Virus record (IMG/VR): IMGVR_UViG_3300034062_007625
Coordinates: 1-36,445 of that record
From: a virus
Taxonomy: Duplodnaviria > Caudoviricetes
Direction: 5' to 3' (one strand)
Length of the DNA: 36,445 nucleotides
Position numbers and translations under genes: made by a program. Shown here piece by piece: positions 10,201-19,408 of the stretch; within the stretch, counting starts at the first letter, position 1; the number at the start of each line of letters is the position of its first letter. The notes beneath the pieces were generated by a model. That model made no database searches and was not told where the DNA came from. It saw only the letters and a program-made list of their open reading frames with translations.

Positions 10201-11718
10201 CAAAACGAAATTGTTGCACGTGCTCTTGGTGAAAATTATCAAACTAATGTGAATTTTCTTAAAAAGGCTACGGGGAAAACAGAACCTGAAATTAAATCTT
10301 TGGCTGCAACTTTGGGGGTTGATTTAACAAAATCAACTCAGGATGCCTCTGTGTTGCTTAAAGATTTTGGAATTACGTTGGCGGAAACGGTTGACGAAGC
10401 AAATTCGCGCATGCGAGGGCAAATGCTTGAGAATATTGAAAGCCTTTTTGGTGAAAGAATCAAAGTGTTGGAGGCACAGGAGGCTTTAGATCAGGCGACT
10501 GAAGAGGTTTATCAAAACAATGGAAAGTTTTCAAGCGAAAAGGATATGTTAAATTACGTTTCTTTAATTGGCCAGCAGGCGCTATCTATAAATCCTGATG
10601 ATCCTTTTGGACAGGCATTAAAAGTTGAAAAAGTTTATGGAAGTCCAGAGGGCCTTGCTTTTCAACCGGGTCAACAACTTGAGGGTCGGGGCTCGGAAAT
10701 GAGTCCAGACTTTTTTGCCAACGTTGGACTACTTATTCAAGGAATGCGGGAAGGTGGCATCTTAAAGGCTGTTGAAAACTTGACGGCTTTTGTTGGTGGT
10801 ACCGAAGCAGGGAAATCTGGTCTGCAATTTGATGCGGAAGGCGCCAAGGCTGCCATTTCGTCTTTGCCGTTAGAGCAGCAAGCCCAAATAGTCCAAAGGT
10901 TAAATTCCCTTTCAGATACAGAAAAAACTTCTTTTGAAGAGACCCTTGCAAATGAGCGCAGAAGTCTGGGGGCATTAGGAATTGACGATGAACCTTGGGC
11001 AGCGAAAAGAGCACTAAGCACTTTTCTTGAAGACTTAGGACTGATGGGCGTTACACCAGGATTTGATGAGGTTACCACAGACAGGGAAGCCGAGTTTTCC
11101 GATGAGCAGAAAAGAATTGCCGAAGCGCTTAGGCAGGGGTTCAACTCGGTCATGGAAGATCCTCCGGAGTGGTGGAGCGGGAAGCCTAGTTGGTGGAATG
11201 AAAAACCGGCAGTATACGGTGTCAAACTTAATGATGACGGCTCGATTGATAACGATGACGATCCAAGTACGCCCCAAGACACCCCAACGAGTCGCCTTGC
11301 CCGCACAATGGGACGTCACAATTTTTACAACTCAATGCTCCCCGGCAAACGAATGGTCACATCGTCCCTACGGAACACGAATCTTGGGTCCCTAAACTCG
11401 GATCACCTGACAGGCAACGCATACGACCTAACAGGTCAAAACCTTGTCGGATACTCAAACCTTGTGAACCAGTCCGGTGGATTCGCAGAGTTCCACGGTT
11501 CAGGTTTTGACCGGCACCTTCATGTTGTTCCGGGAGCAACACCGATGGGTGACACAATGACACCTGCCGCAGTTATGGTTTCAGGCGGTGGAGGCGGTTC
11601 TTCTACCGCTTACAACATTACGATTAACGCAGCGCAAGGACAGGACCCGAACGCTATTGCTGCTGCTGTTATGGCAAAAATTGATGACCGTGATCGCAAC
11701 ATGAAGGAACGGGCATAA
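7285..11718 (+). CDS. tape measure protein with a C-terminal M15-like peptidase motif
   Basis: 1477 aa, Ala/Gly-rich and helical, follows the chaperone; SDHLTGNAYD and RHLHV near the C-terminus. Confidence 0.9.
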   Translation: MDERVVIRIEVNADTSAIDRVQAKLAALSSQAKLADGNLGGASDKLTDLSGASTDASRSTDKLSKSMRGANRDSDRLSKKVNQTSRMFEMHRKVVGGVTSMLSKGLKFALLGTVLEFGLMAAALSSVNGLLAVGRATMKAFNWMMSGTAALAAAATAALATVAAAQREYNAAMVQFQYKSAPGLGNGTAQAMSAMRMLTSDTKLASFGMEALNQTFASISKNTEVTAPLKGALKGLGDFAVAAGGDIGKNLAAAGEFLGLLQKEGKLTAEVAQAAGAVGPQFQKAIENAQKMGLTGASELMKAFSSGTFAETAGIAGSLDAVNDTLIGRAKAFFTSVVSMFADLGQAFLPDVKVAFDKLTRIFRVTFARISGDMLAFDMGNMIQDIVDVIGKAADLFADLFGKYLPQSEGMMGGIKTAFREVKNFFDDFKKSLLGLSDAARVVTDTFGPPIIALFKGLGDGLNYTANLALEDQDQWREWGETLTNVVDSILNLFGQFKNFISANLPIINGLFNAFASIIDVIAKGLEGLAAISRGNSALGGLLGLGAVLGVGGGLSALNARMGRTGKDRVGGRLGRGAATLFDTTKAGKDLADGLKSKAATVLNGTETKFDETGNKPYRRFGNNVFGGPTPGAPGTDAGQTMQNMTVRATTVYVNGPISGGGGRGRGGKGNPNQPSLFSSATQMPAYAISQTYGPDSPVKGPFQDELLMTGNVGRKGLGGMMGRIKPMAGRYGPGIGALGAQAMMLTSGNEAAAPFQMAGGMVSMYNPLLGLGISAAGTALTAETAAGGAISGAAAGAAIGTMIAPGVGTAIGAAVGTISGAIAGSINKGNLVERENRERGVSSGIYGAERTGRRLGLSGLTGLENQLKQERNNLRRAEDAMRSIYASTTMEEERDRYYEHYGLGDGAGESASQRVKDAGRELIIQDRIAAAKESGLLTGAEIEVLDSIAANNVAAEDAIRNYLDGLEETVEQNEIVARALGENYQTNVNFLKKATGKTEPEIKSLAATLGVDLTKSTQDASVLLKDFGITLAETVDEANSRMRGQMLENIESLFGERIKVLEAQEALDQATEEVYQNNGKFSSEKDMLNYVSLIGQQALSINPDDPFGQALKVEKVYGSPEGLAFQPGQQLEGRGSEMSPDFFANVGLLIQGMREGGILKAVENLTAFVGGTEAGKSGLQFDAEGAKAAISSLPLEQQAQIVQRLNSLSDTEKTSFEETLANERRSLGALGIDDEPWAAKRALSTFLEDLGLMGVTPGFDEVTTDREAEFSDEQKRIAEALRQGFNSVMEDPPEWWSGKPSWWNEKPAVYGVKLNDDGSIDNDDDPSTPQDTPTSRLARTMGRHNFYNSMLPGKRMVTSSLRNTNLGSLNSDHLTGNAYDLTGQNLVGYSNLVNQSGGFAEFHGSGFDRHLHVVPGATPMGDTMTPAAVMVSGGGGGSSTAYNITINAAQGQDPNAIAAAVMAKIDDRDRNMKERA

Positions 11719-12425
11719 TGCCGGTAGCAAAAATTCCTTACGCCAAATGGAACGACTATTTTTATGGTTGGAGTCAAAAGACGCGTTCTCGGGTTAGGCC
11801 GCAAATTTTGCACACCGGTCCGTTTGGAACTTTGACATTTACGTTTCCGTATGCGCCTCGGGAAGTTTCGTATTCTCGTCTTGCTGGAACTTATGCTGAA
11901 ATTGAGCGTCCGGGACAGTATCCGATTTTGGATAGGTCTGCTAATCAGTTGATGCAAGTTTCTTTGCAGTTTCGGGTTGCTGACCCGTTGAACTTTAAAC
12001 CGAATGGTGAATGGGGTGGTAGTGGCGGTTTGAGTTCGATTGAGGGGCAGTTGGACAAACTGCGTCAAATGGCTCTTTTTCCGGGTCGCATTTTGGTTTC
12101 GCAGATGGATGCTTTTTTGTCTCGTCCTATTGCTCCAACGGGGGAAATTCGTCAGGGTGGCAGAGTCGCCAAGTTTGCGGCTTTTCGAATGACTGATCTT
12201 TCTATTGATGTTGTTTATAGGAATCTTAGTAATGCTGCAACGCAGGCTGACGTTTCAATGACTTTAGTTGAAGACAGGAACCCTTTTGTGTTTGCTTCCG
12301 TTTTACCAAAAATCGACTATTCAGACCAACCACAGGCTAGGTCTGGTGCTGCTTCTGGCAATAGTCCAAACGACAATGCTGGCCCGAACGAGCGAGACAA
12401 AGTTTCAGAATTGTTCCAACAATGA
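11718..12425 (+). CDS. putative tail tube initiator / baseplate hub-associated protein
   Basis: Follows the tape measure with TAATG overlap; FPYAP.EV and IERPGQYP segments; function from gene order. Confidence 0.55.
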   Translation: MPVAKIPYAKWNDYFYGWSQKTRSRVRPQILHTGPFGTLTFTFPYAPREVSYSRLAGTYAEIERPGQYPILDRSANQLMQVSLQFRVADPLNFKPNGEWGGSGGLSSIEGQLDKLRQMALFPGRILVSQMDAFLSRPIAPTGEIRQGGRVAKFAAFRMTDLSIDVVYRNLSNAATQADVSMTLVEDRNPFVFASVLPKIDYSDQPQARSGAASGNSPNDNAGPNERDKVSELFQQ

Positions 12426-13267
12426 CTTTTCTTGATCTTTCCATCGGAGACATCGGCTCCTTCAACATGTCTCAAATCAGAGACGCTGTCACGCGCCTCG
12501 ATTACTCATGGACTTTAGACTCCGTGTCAGAAGTTTCTTTTGACGTTTGGGACGCCGACTTTCTACTCATAAACAGAAATTATTTTGTGCCACGTCGCGA
12601 CGTTACTGTTGACGGCAACCTGTTCGAAATTACTGTTATTGACATTTCGCAAGGACCCGGACAGTCGCCATTGGTTAAAATTCAAGCCCGTAAAAAGGCT
12701 GCACAGTTAATGAAAAGGGATAAAAATCCTGCGGCGTATGGTGGCGGCACCGCAACCGATTATGCTCGTGCCGTTGCTTCCCGGTTTGGTTTAAATTTTG
12801 TTGGCGAGCCCACTGCTGCTAAAGCGGTGCAAATTCAGTCTTCCAATGAGGGGCGTCCACAGTCAGTTTGGGATGTTCTTAAAAGTAATGCGAGTGAAGC
12901 GCAGTTTGTTGTTTTTGAGTCTGACAACACATTGTATTTTGCTAGCGAGGTTTGGCTTTTGGGCAAGTGGGCAAATGTGCCTTTTAGGTGGCCGACCTTA
13001 GATCCGACGGACAGTTATCCGCTTTACGAAATTCCTAACTGCCGAACATCTGATGATGATCCGAATGCCGCAGAAATTCGTTTTGTTGTTGATCGCACTA
13101 ATGCGGTGAATTTGCGTCCGGGCATGACCGTTGTCTTCTCAGGAATTAACAATTTTGATGCGTCGTACCTGATTTCTGAAGTGTCGTACAGTTGGGGGTC
13201 TTTGAACCCTGTTTCTGTTTCCGTTCGAACCCCGGTAAAACCTGAACCTAAGCGGCAATCTCGATGA
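12422..13267 (+). CDS. baseplate hub protein (gp27 / P2 gpD-like)
   Basis: SVWDVLK..A, LRPGMTV.FSG and YLISEVSY motifs typical of hub proteins. Confidence 0.72.
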   Translation: MTFLDLSIGDIGSFNMSQIRDAVTRLDYSWTLDSVSEVSFDVWDADFLLINRNYFVPRRDVTVDGNLFEITVIDISQGPGQSPLVKIQARKKAAQLMKRDKNPAAYGGGTATDYARAVASRFGLNFVGEPTAAKAVQIQSSNEGRPQSVWDVLKSNASEAQFVVFESDNTLYFASEVWLLGKWANVPFRWPTLDPTDSYPLYEIPNCRTSDDDPNAAEIRFVVDRTNAVNLRPGMTVVFSGINNFDASYLISEVSYSWGSLNPVSVSVRTPVKPEPKRQSR

Positions 13268-14058
13268 GTAATTATTACGCTCAGCAACGTTCCGCAAAAA
13301 CCGGTCAGTCCCCAACCGGTGTTTATTTCGGCAAGGTCACTCGTGTTGATTCTGACTTGAATCGTGTGTGGGTGGAGATTTCACGTTTGGCTCGTGGTTT
13401 TCAGTTTGGGCCGCTGGCTGTCATTGCTTCCACTTTGCCTGTTGTGGGTGATCGTGTCGCCTGCCAGTTCATGGAGGAAAAAAGTAACGATTTGATTGTT
13501 CTGGGGGTGGTGAAGTCTACGACAAGTTTGGATTATGTGATTCCCGTTGTGTGCACTTCTTCTTCTCGTCCTGAGAATCCTCCTGCGGGTACTTTGATTT
13601 TTGAGACGAACACTTTCAATGTTTTGGTTTGGAATGGCAGTTCGTGGGGTGGCGTAGAGGGCGGGTTGAATGTTTTTGGGCGGACGGCAACGTATGGGGA
13701 GGATCCTGAGTCACAGTTTTATGAAGTGACGTCAAGTGATTTGGGAGCGTTGCTTCGCATTGTGCCGGATGCGTCGGAATCCCCCAGCAGTCCGCTTGTT
13801 GAAATTACTATTGAGAAAGGTGTGGGCTCGGTGGGAAGCAGGATCGAATTTGTTCACGACCTTTTTTCAACGGGATCATTTGCATTTGGGTTAAGCGAAA
13901 GCGCAGACGCACTGTTTTTGCCCCCAACCGGCAAGTTGGCCGCACCCAGAGACAGCGGAAGTCTGGTGGTGGCTACAAAGGTTTATGAAAATGTCGAAGT
14001 TTTTGCTGTTTTTGTTGACGTTTGGCTTCTTTCCGGCGACTTGGCAGACGACCTATGA
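13264..14058 (+). CDS. baseplate spike protein (gpV/gp5 OB-fold N-terminus)
   Basis: GVYFGKVTRVD and LPVVGDRVACQF....LIVLG OB-fold signature. Confidence 0.72.
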   Translation: MSNYYAQQRSAKTGQSPTGVYFGKVTRVDSDLNRVWVEISRLARGFQFGPLAVIASTLPVVGDRVACQFMEEKSNDLIVLGVVKSTTSLDYVIPVVCTSSSRPENPPAGTLIFETNTFNVLVWNGSSWGGVEGGLNVFGRTATYGEDPESQFYEVTSSDLGALLRIVPDASESPSSPLVEITIEKGVGSVGSRIEFVHDLFSTGSFAFGLSESADALFLPPTGKLAAPRDSGSLVVATKVYENVEVFAVFVDVWLLSGDLADDL

Positions 14059-14285
14059 CTCTTGACATTGATGAGATTCAGGCCCGTTACCGGCGAGCAG
14101 TCAACCGTCACGCCTACGGCCCACCATTGCCCCCTGTAGGGGCGTATGCGGCCCTCCAAGTAGTTTTAGGCGTAGTTCCTTTGGAGCACGCAGCGAATGC
14201 CGTAGGGGTTGATCCCGATGATCTTGTCCAAGAGGCTCTTGCGTGGTCTGCGGCACTGGAATTTGCAAATCAACAGGTGTTGTAG
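14055..14285 (+). CDS. hypothetical protein
   Basis: ATG 14055 overlaps the upstream TGA (ATGA); 76 aa. Confidence 0.6.
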   Translation: MTLDIDEIQARYRRAVNRHAYGPPLPPVGAYAALQVVLGVVPLEHAANAVGVDPDDLVQEALAWSAALEFANQQVL

Positions 14286-14320
14286 GGATGTGATTACGGG
14301 AAACGTGAAAGAATGGTGGG

Positions 14321-14623
14321 ATGCAAGCCTTTTCTTTTCCGTTTAGGTTTAACCGAGGCAAGGTTGTGACTGTTGACGACCAAACCGATGCTTACGCTGC
14401 CCAAAAAATTTTGACAGCAGTGTCAACAAGGTTAGGTGAACTCCCATTACTTCCACAGTTTGGGACGTCCGATCCGGAATTTGAAAACTTTGACGGGGTT
14501 GGACTGTTGTACACGAATACAACATACTTTCCGGAAGTGAAAATTCTTGAGGTTTATCAAAGTATCGAAGAGGGAAAACTTCAAATTCAAGTTGAGTTTG
14601 AGAGAACGGCAGGACTGGGGTAA
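14321..14623 (+). CDS. baseplate wedge / sheath initiator (gp25/gpW-like)
   Basis: SFPFRF and TRLGELPLLPQFG motifs; precedes baseplate J. Confidence 0.82.
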   Translation: MQAFSFPFRFNRGKVVTVDDQTDAYAAQKILTAVSTRLGELPLLPQFGTSDPEFENFDGVGLLYTNTTYFPEVKILEVYQSIEEGKLQIQVEFERTAGLG

Positions 14624-14626
14624 CAA

Positions 14627-16021
14627 GTGGCATCGCCAGACATCAGCAAATACATTGACTTAACCGTTTACGATTTGCAGCCAGAAGAAATTTATGATGC
14701 TGCCACCGCATACGCTCGTACTGCTTTGCCTGAATGGTCACCGGTCAGCGGGTCCATCGAGGACGCATTGTTGCAAGCCGCTTCCCTGATGACCGGTGAA
14801 CTCGTGGGCGCCATCAACAGGCTGCCAGCAGGAGTCACAGAAGGCCTTTTAAAACTATACGGAATTGAGCGCAACATTGGTACCGCTCCCAGTGCAGTTG
14901 TGGAGGTGGAACTGGTCGACGACGTCGGGCACACCATTCCCGTCGGAACTCGATTCGGCTATTTGGACTCCACTGAACTCGAACCGATCCTTTACGTTTT
15001 TGAAACCACCGAACAGTCAACCGTTGCACCCGGAAACACCACGGCAATTATTCCGATTCGAGGGATTCTTTTAGAGAACTACCCGTTCCTTTTAGCGGGT
15101 CAGTCACTCCAACTTCTGTCTTCAATTTCATTCATCGATTCCGTAACCCTTACGGTAAATAGTGACCCCGGGCAAGACCCAGAAACTGAAACACAATTTC
15201 TTGATAGGGCAAAAGCCGCATTTGGGCAATTCTCAGAAGCGCTTGTTCTGCCATCACAATTTTCGAGACACGCCCTTTTGAATTATGCAAACATTTACAG
15301 GGCGAATGCCTACAGTCGCCTTCAAACAGAACGATCTATTGACGCTTGGGAGTTGGACGGCGGGACAAGCACCCTCACATTGGATCTAGGTGCCGCTCAC
15401 GACGTCACGGCGGCTGAGCAAATTAGAATTCTTTTAGGTGAAGAGGCGATTGACGGGGTCTATTTGGTTTCGTCAACATCTGGAGCGTCACTTACCGTTG
15501 AATGTGATGGTGAAACAAATTCCGGAAACAGTGGCGTAGTCATTTCGCACAGGCTTCAAAACCCAACACCGGAAAACGGTTACTTGACCATTTATGTTGC
15601 CGGAGTTGATGGTGCATCCGTAAACGGAGCGACACTAGCGACCTTGGAAGAAGATCTTACTGATCGGTCTGTGGCTGGTTTGCAGATTTACGCATCAAAT
15701 GCTGCCGAGGCGTCACTAACAGTGACCGTAGACATTGTGAAAGAACGCAGCACAACAATTTCCTCTGTTTCCCAATCGGTTGAGAACGCTGTTGCGGAGT
15801 ACCTGCACCCCGATTACTGGGGTTGGGATGATGTCATTTACAAAAATGAACTGATTTCACTTATTGACAGTGTCCCCGGAGTTGTTCGAGTAATCGATGT
15901 AGAAATCGAGGCCGCCGATGCAACCCTTGTTGACGTCGATCCAGTTACAGGAGACGGCACTTTCCTTTTAAAGGGTTTGCTGCCACGTCAAACAACTTTA
16001 GTAAACGTAAACACGGGGTGA
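14627..16021 (+). CDS. baseplate J-like protein
   Basis: LPEWSP, IPVGTRF, PGQDPET..QFLDR and ELISLIDSVPGV.RV motifs. Confidence 0.85.
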   Translation: MASPDISKYIDLTVYDLQPEEIYDAATAYARTALPEWSPVSGSIEDALLQAASLMTGELVGAINRLPAGVTEGLLKLYGIERNIGTAPSAVVEVELVDDVGHTIPVGTRFGYLDSTELEPILYVFETTEQSTVAPGNTTAIIPIRGILLENYPFLLAGQSLQLLSSISFIDSVTLTVNSDPGQDPETETQFLDRAKAAFGQFSEALVLPSQFSRHALLNYANIYRANAYSRLQTERSIDAWELDGGTSTLTLDLGAAHDVTAAEQIRILLGEEAIDGVYLVSSTSGASLTVECDGETNSGNSGVVISHRLQNPTPENGYLTIYVAGVDGASVNGATLATLEEDLTDRSVAGLQIYASNAAEASLTVTVDIVKERSTTISSVSQSVENAVAEYLHPDYWGWDDVIYKNELISLIDSVPGVVRVIDVEIEAADATLVDVDPVTGDGTFLLKGLLPRQTTLVNVNTG

Positions 16022-16029
16022 CCTGACTG

Positions 16030-17265
16030 ATGTACGGCTCAGTTCCAAATCTGCTTGATTTCGAAACCCAACTTTTAGGTAGCGGGATTGGTCGGTGGGT
16101 TGCCGATGATAATAGTTCGGTGGGGCGATCATCCATTTTGGATGGGGACATTTTTGCCGAAAATACTCTTGCTGTTGAAGTTCTGGACGGCAGTTCGGCT
16201 AGTGCTTTTGTTGAGGAGATTACAATCCCTCAGATTTACCGTAGGTGGCCTGCAAGGTTTCACGTTTACATTGGAACGAATTCTTCTGCCTCACTAAACG
16301 TTGAACTTGAAATTGAAGGTGATGCCGCAGGAACTTGGACGGCTTTTCCGGAAAGCGGAAAACTGTTTCAGGGGGGCACTTGGCACATGATTGACGTTGC
16401 TAGTGAGGTCAACGACAGTAACGATTTCCCGAACCTGAGTTCGGTTGCAAAGGTCACTGTTGGAGCATTTTGGGACCCATCAGAAACCGGTCCGAAACGT
16501 TTGTACGTAAAGATTCCTACGGTGAGCATTCCTCTTGCTGTCCGTTTCAATAATTTTGCTGCAGAAACTTGGTTGCGTTTACCGGAGTACATGCAGGACG
16601 GTGACCGTCAGCCGGACTCACCAGACTTTCCATTGTTGCGTTTCATTGACGTTGTTACGGCTGTAAGTGATGCGGTGTTTAAAAAGTGGGAAGAGTTTCG
16701 TTACCTGTCGCCCGAATCAAACGGTCAGATTCTTAAGTCTTCCTCTCTTTCCGATCCCGAAAAGGCATCTGTTGAAGTTCTTCTTTGGTTGGCTCAGTTC
16801 TTAGGCTTTGAATTTCTTGATCCAAGAATCGGTGCTACTTCTTGGAAGTCGCTTCTTTCGACGGCTGATCCGGTTGACGAAACACCCACTTGGGACGAAT
16901 TTGTTACGAACATTGACGCTGCGGAGGAGCCAACTAACGGCACCTTGGAGTGGACAGAAATTCAAGATCTGGCTGATGACATCAGCCCTGAGACTCTCCG
17001 TGCCTTTTTCAGTTGGCAAATCAGTAGTGCGGCATACGGTCTAAGAGGTGGAACGACCGCCAGTTTGAAAGCCGCTGCACGGCAAGGGCTTATTAACCCT
17101 AACGGCTACGTCAACATTGTAAAAAATGCTGACGGCGACCCATTTAAAATTCGGGTTGAGGTAGAACAGAGCGATCTATCCGATACTGAAACAACTATTG
17201 AAGAACTTCTTGCTCCAACAACACCGGCAGGGTACGAGATTGAAGTCTCCGCTGTCACATTATGA
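16030..17265 (+). CDS. baseplate wedge protein (P2 gpI-like) with an N-terminal beta-rich domain
   Basis: Follows J; LPEYM..D, PLLRFI, DPEKA..LLWLAQFLG, RGGT..SL and terminal PAG motifs. Confidence 0.7.
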   Translation: MYGSVPNLLDFETQLLGSGIGRWVADDNSSVGRSSILDGDIFAENTLAVEVLDGSSASAFVEEITIPQIYRRWPARFHVYIGTNSSASLNVELEIEGDAAGTWTAFPESGKLFQGGTWHMIDVASEVNDSNDFPNLSSVAKVTVGAFWDPSETGPKRLYVKIPTVSIPLAVRFNNFAAETWLRLPEYMQDGDRQPDSPDFPLLRFIDVVTAVSDAVFKKWEEFRYLSPESNGQILKSSSLSDPEKASVEVLLWLAQFLGFEFLDPRIGATSWKSLLSTADPVDETPTWDEFVTNIDAAEEPTNGTLEWTEIQDLADDISPETLRAFFSWQISSAAYGLRGGTTASLKAAARQGLINPNGYVNIVKNADGDPFKIRVEVEQSDLSDTETTIEELLAPTTPAGYEIEVSAVTL

Positions 17266-17297
17266 GTTCAGATAAACTGAGTCCGGAGGATTGAGTT

Positions 17298-18467
17298 ATG
17301 TCAGAAACATTGCCACGCACTGAAGTTGTTGTTTGGGACGAAGACAGCGACGAATTCACACGCGTCGACATGACCGATTCCCATCAAGGCATCGAAGATC
17401 GTGTCGCCACTTTTTTTATTGGCGCTTCTTTACCCGAACTCGCAGAAGAAGGAACCCCAGAATACGCAAGGGCTTTCTTCCTGAGAACATCCGACTCAGT
17501 TCTGTTTCACTCGAACAACAGCGGCACTCAGTGGACTTCAGTCACGGCTTTTGGAACGCCAACAGGAATTGCACCGGGCTCCTCAAACACTGCCGGAAGT
17601 TCTTCAAACATCGCTCGGGCCGATCACGTCCATCAACTTCCCGGATTCGGCTCGCCTGTAAGTGTCAGCACCGGAAACGCTGCTGGTGACGCAGAAACTT
17701 TTGCCAGATCAAACCATGTTCACGCTATCGGAACCGGTGCAGTTTCACAGTCAACGATGTTTGCCGCAGGTGTGGTAAGTGACGCTGCCTTGGCAACTGA
17801 TTCGGTATCAACGAACAAAATTGCTGCGGGCGCAGTTACCAAAACAAAAATTGAGGCTGCTCAACAAATCCCAACAGGGGTCATTTGGGCTTACGCTGGA
17901 TCGGCTGCTCCCACTGGTTGGGTTTTATGTGATGGTGCTGCAATTAACAGGGGCGGCGTCAATGCCGATCTTTTTGCGCTTTTAGGTACTACTTACGGGC
18001 CGGGCGATAACGCCACGACGTTCAATGTTCCAAACTTGAGCAACCGTTTTATTCGTGGTGGGACGCCGGGAACTACTGGCGGTGCCGATTCCGTAACGTT
18101 GACGACTGCCCAATTACCATCACATAGTCACAGTATTGGCACTTTGACAACTGCCGGTGGAGGGCAGCACTCTCATACTGGAACAACTTCATCGGAGGCT
18201 CAACACTCACATGGTATGACCGAGTCGCCAAGACTTTTTGATAACACTGGCGGGTCTGGACTCTGGCTAGGTGCTTCTGGCTTTTATCAAGTAGGACTTC
18301 AAACAAATGCCTTCATTCAACAGCCAGCGCACAGTCACACTTTGACTACTTCCGTTGAGTCGGATCACACCCATACGGTTTCCGGAACAACGGCGAGCAC
18401 CGGTTCGGGGTCTTCTGTTTCCACGCTTCCCGCTTTTACGGCTATGCGTTACATAATCAAACTGTAA
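17298..18467 (+). CDS. tail fibre protein with phage tail collar domain
   Basis: IPTGVIWAYAGSAAPTGWVLCDG...LFALLGTTYG...FNVPNL collar motif, repeated HxH motifs, terminal YIIKL. Confidence 0.88.
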   Translation: MSETLPRTEVVVWDEDSDEFTRVDMTDSHQGIEDRVATFFIGASLPELAEEGTPEYARAFFLRTSDSVLFHSNNSGTQWTSVTAFGTPTGIAPGSSNTAGSSSNIARADHVHQLPGFGSPVSVSTGNAAGDAETFARSNHVHAIGTGAVSQSTMFAAGVVSDAALATDSVSTNKIAAGAVTKTKIEAAQQIPTGVIWAYAGSAAPTGWVLCDGAAINRGGVNADLFALLGTTYGPGDNATTFNVPNLSNRFIRGGTPGTTGGADSVTLTTAQLPSHSHSIGTLTTAGGGQHSHTGTTSSEAQHSHGMTESPRLFDNTGGSGLWLGASGFYQVGLQTNAFIQQPAHSHTLTTSVESDHTHTVSGTTASTGSGSSVSTLPAFTAMRYIIKL

Positions 18468-18513
18468 AATCATTTACCACAAATACTTTTATGTCATCTA
18501 GTAATCTGGATGA

Positions 18514-18864
18514 ATGCAAACATTTATTGCCAAGTACAGCAATCTTCATTTTAGTATCGTTTTTCTACTTGGGCGAATCCTTGCTCTTCTCACCGTTTCA
18601 ATTGCTTTTGCGGGTGCTGTTTCCCCGTTTTTAGCAATTCTTGCGATCGCAATTTGTGGAATTTGCATCCTGTCTTTGGCTTCAAAGAAACTTAAATATT
18701 TTGCAAATTATGCGTTTCTTGGTGCTGCTGCCCTTTGGGGTGGTGTTGCGACTGCTGCGATTCTTGATGAAGGTGACGTTCTGAGCGCAACCCTTGCGAT
18801 CATGCTTGCCATTTTTGATGCGTCCTCTTTCACGTCACTTGGATGCAAGGAGAGGAAGAAGTGA
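18514..18864 (+). CDS. multi-pass membrane protein (holin-like)
   Basis: About four hydrophobic segments and a basic C-terminus; TAATCT 6 nt before the ATG. Confidence 0.55.
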   Translation: MQTFIAKYSNLHFSIVFLLGRILALLTVSIAFAGAVSPFLAILAIAICGICILSLASKKLKYFANYAFLGAAALWGGVATAAILDEGDVLSATLAIMLAIFDASSFTSLGCKERKK

Positions 18865-19199
18865 CAAATAACATTGTTATTGCAGCGGCAACAGTTATTA
18901 CCGGAATTCTTTCTTGGATTGCTGGTCGAAAAACACAAAAATCTCAGGACTCGTACCACATTGACAATCACGAACTTGAAAAAGCACGTAGAATTGATCA
19001 GGCAACCGCAACTCTTTTAGACGGATACGGAAACATGGTTGAAGATCTCCGGGAGGAAGTTGCAAGATTGAATGAAGTCATTGACGACTTGCGGAAAGAG
19101 CAAGAAGAATGTGAGCGTCGTAATGATGAGATGGAGTCTTTGATTCTCGATTTGCAGCGTCGTTTGGCCAATTTGGAGGGGGAGCGAGATAGTGGATGA
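18861..19199 (+). CDS. membrane-anchored coiled-coil protein
   Basis: GTG 18861 after GGAGAGG overlaps the upstream stop; N-terminal hydrophobic helix then a heptad-rich tail. Confidence 0.65.
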   Translation: MTNNIVIAAATVITGILSWIAGRKTQKSQDSYHIDNHELEKARRIDQATATLLDGYGNMVEDLREEVARLNEVIDDLRKEQEECERRNDEMESLILDLQRRLANLEGERDSG

Positions 19200-19407
19200 C
19201 ACGTCGGCTTTTTCGGAGATTATTCGTGGGGCGATGCCGGATCGTGTTATTTCAAATTTTGTTTTAGTTTGTGAGGTTTTGACTGAGGATGGGGCGGAGT
19301 TGACGATTGCGACTTCGGACGCGATAACGCCATGGCTTGGCCTTGGCATGCTAGTATCTGCTACGAACATGTTGCAAGAGACAGCAACCGGCGAAGACGA
19401 GGATTGA
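19192..19407 (+). CDS. hypothetical protein
   Basis: 71 aa, GTG start after a G/A-rich RBS, overlaps the upstream gene. Confidence 0.65.
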   Translation: MDDTSAFSEIIRGAMPDRVISNFVLVCEVLTEDGAELTIATSDAITPWLGLGMLVSATNMLQETATGEDED

Positions 19408-19408
19408 C

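Noticed and set aside
2753-18467. Contractile injection system or tailocin rather than a phage
   Set aside because: Head-tail joining genes, a primase-helicase and typical phage accessory genes point to a full phage genome.
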